64,000 nucleotides of DNA, taken from NCBI GenBank assembly GCA_025920435.1, contig JAPDLT010000001.1:1539-65538 (forward strand), written 5' to 3'. Shown here one piece after another: positions 59,407-64,000 of the stretch. The stretch comes from Candidatus Rehaiarchaeum fermentans. Its GTDB lineage: Archaea; Nanobdellota; Nanobdellia; Parvarchaeales; Parvarchaeaceae. The position numbers and the translations under genes are program-made. Positions within the stretch are counted from its first letter, which is position 1, and each line of letters begins with the position of its first letter. Under the pieces are notes generated by a model. It searched no databases. It was not told where the DNA came from and saw only the letters and a list, made by a program, of their open reading frames with translations.

Positions 59407-59644
59407 TTTTACTCACCTTTTCCAATATTAATATAGTATCTGTATCTTGTATATTGTATTTACTCAATTTGTTTATAACTATTGATGATATTTCTTCCAT
59501 GTTTTCTACATTTACTCTTAAAATAACTGGCCATTCTCCCGCTACAAACATACATTCTTGCACATTATCTATTTTTATTAGCTCATTCATTATGTCTATT
59601 GGACTGGATTCGCTTTTTAATTTTAATAGTATTAGCGCCTCCAT
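59393..59644 (-). CDS. Stand-alone Lrp/AsnC ligand-binding (RAM) domain protein
   Basis: A.ILL, V.E...V.GEW..I..V, T.T.LIL pattern; no HTH. Confidence 0.8.
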   Translation of the reverse strand: MEALILLKLKSESSPIDIMNELIKIDNVQECMFVAGEWPVILRVNVENMEEISSIVINKLSKYNIQDTDTILILEKVSKNGKR

Positions 59645-59733
59645 ATTGCTATAATTAGTGGAAAATATTTATACGCTTTAAAAGTTAAATTTCAGATATT
59701 TTAATATTTTTATATTATTTTTAGATATGATTT

Positions 59734-60351
59734 ATGGATAAATCAGATTTTATCAAGTATGTTCAAGAATTAAAATCGATTATTATGCGTGATAAAAGAA
59801 ACTTTAAGCAATCTATAGATGTAATAATAACTTTTAAGCCTGCTACTGTTGATGGAATATTGTATTTGCCTCACCCTACAAAGCAAAACAAATTGTTGGC
59901 TTTTGTCGATGATGATTTTAAGCTAGTTAACATATTTGATCTTTCTATTAAAAAATCAGAATTTGATAAGTACAATAAGAAGAGTATTAAGAGTCTAGCT
60001 AAATCCTACGACATTTTATTTGGTGAATCTACTATAATGCCTAATCTTGCTTCTAAGTTTGGTAAACTTTTAACTTCTCTCGGTAAAATGCCCAGTCCTA
60101 AGTACGGAACTGTTTTTACTCCTACTACTAATATTTCAGAAATAGCTAGTAAAATGAAAGTAGCTATTATAATAAATAACAAGAAAAATAATTTCATTAG
60201 CGTAAAGATAGGAAAGGAAGATGATAGTGACGAAAATTTAGCTGAAAATATGTTCGCTGTTTATTCTTTTGTAGCTAGCTTAATAAATTCTACAAACATA
60301 AAAAGATTATATATAAAAGGAACTATGACTAAACCTATTAAGATAATATGA
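59734..60351 (+). CDS. rpl1: 50S ribosomal protein L1
   Basis: [19 protein letters not shown]...L.EN, KGTM; precedes rpl10. Confidence 0.88.
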   Translation: MDKSDFIKYVQELKSIIMRDKRNFKQSIDVIITFKPATVDGILYLPHPTKQNKLLAFVDDDFKLVNIFDLSIKKSEFDKYNKKSIKSLAKSYDILFGESTIMPNLASKFGKLLTSLGKMPSPKYGTVFTPTTNISEIASKMKVAIIINNKKNNFISVKIGKEDDSDENLAENMFAVYSFVASLINSTNIKRLYIKGTMTKPIKII

Positions 60352-61487
60352 TGTCTAATGGTGCGAAATTGAAGGCAAAAAGAGTAGAGAGCTTATCTAA
60401 AAAATTAGGAAGTGTAATAGTTTTAGGTGATCTTAATGATTTTGATGCTTACAATATTCAACTTTTAAGAAAAGAGGTTAAAGATAAGGGTCTTTCGTTT
60501 ATATTTGATAATAAAGTAGTAATAAGAAGATCTTTAGAAAAAGTTTCAAAAGATCTTGCAGATTTAGTTGATGAGTGTGCGCAACCATTTATAATAAGCG
60601 GTAATGAAGTAGAGCTAGCCTATTTTGGGCAAATAATTTCTAAGTATATAAGGAAAAAATATGTTAAAGCAGAAGAAATTGCTGAAAATGATATTGTAAT
60701 ACCTGCAGGCCCTACTCCTTTTGCTCCTGGTCCGATGACAGTAAAATTTTCTTCTTTAGGAATAAAAACAAAGAATGAGGGAGGTAAAATTTCAGTCATG
60801 CAAGATACTGTAGTTTGCAGGAAGGGAGAAAAAGTTAAGCCTGAAGTTGCATCATTACTTGCTACTTTAGGAATTAAGGCCGTAAGTAAAAATTTAAAAA
60901 TAGTATGTGTCTATTATAAGGGACTGATAGTAAAACAAGACCTACTAAATGTTTATTCAAAAATCAGTGAATTAGTAAGAGAATCATTATCAAATTCGAG
61001 AAATCTGTCTCTTGCTCTTGAATTAATAGATAAAGATACAATAAACTACCTGATTAGAAAAGCTTATATAGTAGGAGAGAATTTAATGGTAATCAGAGAA
61101 GTTCCTTCCAAGGAAAACATTGGAAGGATCTTGCTTTCTGCAGTTAAAGCTGCAGAAAGATTGGATAAAAATAAAAATATGGACTACGTATACGCAGCAT
61201 TGCTGTTACATAGTTTGGGCAAGGAAGTAACAGAAGAAAATATGAGAAACGTTATAAAGGCTACAGGCTCTGAAGTAGATGAAGCTAAAATAAAAGTATT
61301 GGTTGATGCATTAAAAGGAGTTGATATAGATAAGGAAATAAAGGAAGCTCAAACAATGAGTATCTCTGCTCCTGTAGCTGCTGGTCCAGCTCCTTCTGCT
61401 CCAGCTGAAAATAAAGAAAAGAAAGAAGAGGAGGAAAAGAAAGCAGAGGAATCCGCAGCTGCTGGACTAAGTAGTCTTTTTGAATAG
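60348..61487 (+). CDS. rpl10: 50S ribosomal protein L10 (P0) fused in frame to L12 (P1)
   Basis: IPAGPT.F.PGP insertion domain of P0, then a complete P1 sequence starting [11 protein letters not shown] with no intervening stop. Confidence 0.88.
   Translation: MMSNGAKLKAKRVESLSKKLGSVIVLGDLNDFDAYNIQLLRKEVKDKGLSFIFDNKVVIRRSLEKVSKDLADLVDECAQPFIISGNEVELAYFGQIISKYIRKKYVKAEEIAENDIVIPAGPTPFAPGPMTVKFSSLGIKTKNEGGKISVMQDTVVCRKGEKVKPEVASLLATLGIKAVSKNLKIVCVYYKGLIVKQDLLNVYSKISELVRESLSNSRNLSLALELIDKDTINYLIRKAYIVGENLMVIREVPSKENIGRILLSAVKAAERLDKNKNMDYVYAALLLHSLGKEVTEENMRNVIKATGSEVDEAKIKVLVDALKGVDIDKEIKEAQTMSISAPVAAGPAPSAPAENKEKKEEEEKKAEESAAAGLSSLFE
61179..61487 (+). CDS. rpl12: 50S ribosomal protein L12 (P1) moiety; possible internal start
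   Basis: [17 protein letters not shown], Ala/Pro hinge, [18 protein letters not shown] tail. Confidence 0.85.
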   Translation: MDYVYAALLLHSLGKEVTEENMRNVIKATGSEVDEAKIKVLVDALKGVDIDKEIKEAQTMSISAPVAAGPAPSAPAENKEKKEEEEKKAEESAAAGLSSLFE

Positions 61488-61541
61488 GTTTTATTTCTAA
61501 ATTTTTCTTTAATATATTATTTATTTTTTAGTTATAGATTT

Positions 61542-62639
61542 ATGAAGTTAAGTAAGCTAAATGAGAATTTTTCAAATATATTTTCAAAAAACGTAATTTT
61601 TATAATATTTACACTTGTTGCGATATTCGTTTCTGCTATAACAATTATTTTCTTTTATAGACTTCCTTATTCCTCTAACTCAACCAGTATTTACATTTCG
61701 TTTAAGAATATTTCTTATTTTAATTACAGCTTTATCAGAGCGCTTATAAATATAACAAATAAAAATTACCTTAATGTATCTTATCCTACAAATTTAAGTA
61801 AAAAAATTATTGGAAGTTACTTTATTTCAGATTTGCCTTCTCTCATTATTTTAAATACTTCTAGAGAAAATCTTTCCGCTTTTTTGATTACAATTTATCT
61901 TTTTAATAATGTTCTGAATCTAGGCTTTAATGGATCCTATTTTTCCTTAAATGATCCATTTATATCTACCATAACTGGAAATACTTCTTTTTATTCGCTA
62001 GTTTTAAATAAAACGATAAGGACCTCTTATGTTTCTAATCCTGAGAAAATATTTAATAATTCGCTAATATCTTCTTATGTTTCACCTTTTGCTTTCATTA
62101 AAACTAATCAAACTAAGAATAATACTTTACTTGTTGTATTTTCTAATGATCCATTTAGTGCCGTTCAATTGAGTATATTAGATAAAGCTTTGTCCTATTT
62201 CGGAAATGTTACTTTTGAAAATAAGACTTCAAACTCAATAAATGACATTTCTTCTATAGGTCCAATAGAATATGAAGAACCAATTTCATTTAAGGGGCCT
62301 TTCAAGTTAATTATAGAAAATGATAGTTCATCATCACTTTCTTCCTATGCCATTTCGGAATTAATTACTTATGAAGAAAATGCACTAAATCCAATTTTAA
62401 ATCAGTATGGATTTTTACCATTTATAAGTATAGGTAATGAATTCATTGGATTTGGTTCATTTATTAGACCTTATTACTTTAACAATCTTAATCCTTTGAA
62501 AGCTAAGATGAACTCTACTTTGAGTTTAATATTTAATGAAAGCGTTAATTATATTTCAGCACTTATTTGTAAAGCTTATAATTTGTCAAACCCTATTTGT
62601 AATAGCAATTATGTTTCTAAATATTATTCTTTAATTTGA
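61542..62639 (+). CDS. Membrane-anchored DUF929-like protein
   Basis: N-terminal TM helix; ALSYFG, PFISIGN, I.ALIC...PIC resemble DUF929. Confidence 0.55.
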   Translation: MKLSKLNENFSNIFSKNVIFIIFTLVAIFVSAITIIFFYRLPYSSNSTSIYISFKNISYFNYSFIRALINITNKNYLNVSYPTNLSKKIIGSYFISDLPSLIILNTSRENLSAFLITIYLFNNVLNLGFNGSYFSLNDPFISTITGNTSFYSLVLNKTIRTSYVSNPEKIFNNSLISSYVSPFAFIKTNQTKNNTLLVVFSNDPFSAVQLSILDKALSYFGNVTFENKTSNSINDISSIGPIEYEEPISFKGPFKLIIENDSSSSLSSYAISELITYEENALNPILNQYGFLPFISIGNEFIGFGSFIRPYYFNNLNPLKAKMNSTLSLIFNESVNYISALICKAYNLSNPICNSNYVSKYYSLI

Positions 62640-62640
62640 T

Positions 62641-63270
62641 TTAAAAAGCTCTAGCAAACTCATCTAAACTTTCCTTAAATTTTTCATTAACTACACCTGA
62701 AGCTACTAAGAATCCTTCTGCACCTTCTTCTCTTCCCTTTTTTATGTCTTCACTGCTTTTTATACCTGCGCCTATTATGGGAATTATTTCTCCTTTGCTT
62801 TTTACTATATTTACAAATTTCTTTACTATTTCTCCCTTAGAAGAAGAAACTGATACGTTTCCACCTATTAGCTCTGGCGGTTCATAAGCTATTCCAAAAG
62901 GATTTAAATTTACCATTTTTTCTGCTTCTTTTAAGTTTCTTACACAAACTATTGTTTTTAAATCGTTTTTCTTGAGTATTTCTACTAACTTTTCTATTTC
63001 ATTTTGCTTTAATCGATGTTCGGAATGATTAATTAAAGAACCTATCGCCCCGGCTTTTTTTATTTCATAATAAGAAATAAATCCAGTTGAAGCTCCAGGC
63101 TCTATAGGATCTGTATGCTGAGCTATCACATCAATTATTTTGCTTATTTGAGAAAGCAGAGAAAGAGGGGGCGCTACATATGAATCTCTTATCTTTTGTT
63201 TTAAGTATTTAGCTATTTCAGTTCCAAAATCTATTCCTTCTTTATAGGCTTTGTAATTAACTATAAACAT
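62641..63270 (-). CDS. tpiA: Triosephosphate isomerase (archaeal type)
   Basis: VNYKAY, NHSEH, AYEPPELIG, GAGI, LVASG. Confidence 0.96.
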   Translation of the reverse strand: MFIVNYKAYKEGIDFGTEIAKYLKQKIRDSYVAPPLSLLSQISKIIDVIAQHTDPIEPGASTGFISYYEIKKAGAIGSLINHSEHRLKQNEIEKLVEILKKNDLKTIVCVRNLKEAEKMVNLNPFGIAYEPPELIGGNVSVSSSKGEIVKKFVNIVKSKGEIIPIIGAGIKSSEDIKKGREEGAEGFLVASGVVNEKFKESLDEFARAF

Positions 63271-63987
63271 TTAGTGAAATATGCTTTTCAATGATTTAAT
63301 TATTTCTACTGCATTTTTAGATTGGAATATATTTCTTCCTATCGCAAATCCACTTGCTCCTGCTCTTGCCGCCTTTTCAGCTCTTTCTATTAGATTTCCT
63401 TCTTCAATTTTTTTACCTCCAGCGAAAAATAACTTGCTTTTTAATGCGTTTTTAGTTATCCATTCTAAATTTGAGTCATCATTCGGATATTTTACTTTGA
63501 TTACGTCTGCACCCAGTTCTGCACCTAATCTTGCAGCATAAGCTACAATTTTTGGATCCTCATCATTATTAATAGATTTTCCTCTAGGATAACTCCACAA
63601 TACTACTTTTAATCCATACTTTCTTGCCTCTTCATAGATTTTTCCAAATTCACTTATCATTCTACTTTCTTCCTCACTCCCAAAATAGATAGTATAGCCT
63701 ACAGCCTCTGCTCCGAGTTTTATTGCATATTCTACAGAGCTCCATGCTAGAGATATTGGTTCTCCTTCTCTTAAAGAAGTTTTTGAATTTAATTTCAATA
63801 TTAAAGGAATACCTAAATCTTTGCTATAGTATTTCTCCGCAACGCCTTTCAATAATATTAATGCATCAACTTCTGCTTTTTTAGCAACATCTAGAATATA
63901 TTCTGGATTATAGTTTAAATTATCGAAGTCAGTGGGCCCATGCTCAAAACCATGGTCGTAAGCTAGAAAAACACCGCTTAGTTTCAT
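63271..63987 (-). CDS. fba: Class I fructose-bisphosphate aldolase (DhnA/FbaB type)
   Basis: AYDHGFEHGP, WSYPRG, ELGADVIKVKY Schiff-base Lys, GRNIFQ. Confidence 0.93.
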   Translation of the reverse strand: MKLSGVFLAYDHGFEHGPTDFDNLNYNPEYILDVAKKAEVDALILLKGVAEKYYSKDLGIPLILKLNSKTSLREGEPISLAWSSVEYAIKLGAEAVGYTIYFGSEEESRMISEFGKIYEEARKYGLKVVLWSYPRGKSINNDEDPKIVAYAARLGAELGADVIKVKYPNDDSNLEWITKNALKSKLFFAGGKKIEEGNLIERAEKAARAGASGFAIGRNIFQSKNAVEIIKSLKSIFH

Positions 63988-64000
63988 ATTTAGATAGTTC

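Noticed and set aside
61365..61410. GCT/CCT/CCA-rich short repeats
   Set aside because: They encode the normal Ala/Pro hinge of P1.
1304..63541. Short ORFs antisense to or nested within long genes (e.g. 1304-1519, 7468-7776, 20538-20942, 50525-50971, 51490-51879, 59337-59654)
   Set aside because: They are shadows of well-supported genes, have S/F/L/I-rich composition and show no motifs.

Overview
Gene-dense, very AT-rich archaeal chromosomal segment with many overlapping genes. The archaeal assignment rests on RadA, TFE, Hjc, Hel308, aIF5B, L7Ae/S27e/S28e/L24e/L44e, P0/P1 stalk proteins and intron-containing tRNAs. Compaction, short divergent proteins and dispersed pilin-like genes suggest a DPANN lineage, possibly Parvarchaeota/Nanoarchaeota-like and thermo(acido)philic (inference). 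Content is mostly housekeeping: four aminoacyl-tRNA synthetases, seven tRNAs (three with introns, one with two), DNA repair genes, a fermentative OFOR + ADP-forming acetyl-CoA synthetase operon, and glycolytic tpi/fba. No rRNA, CRISPR array or transposase was seen. Top observations: (1) ribosomal stalk genes rpl10 (P0) and rpl12 (P1) form one in-frame ORF; (2) a 632-aa protein combines an N-terminal PIP-box-like motif with tandem (degenerate + intact) calcineurin-like phosphoesterase domains; (3) a nuoABCDHI-only complex I-like operon has no input or antiporter modules; (4) tRNA-Arg(TCG) has two introns, one at 53/54 with a strict BHB motif; (5) the SOD resembles Sulfolobales enzymes. All homology calls come from motif recognition by eye, not database searches.
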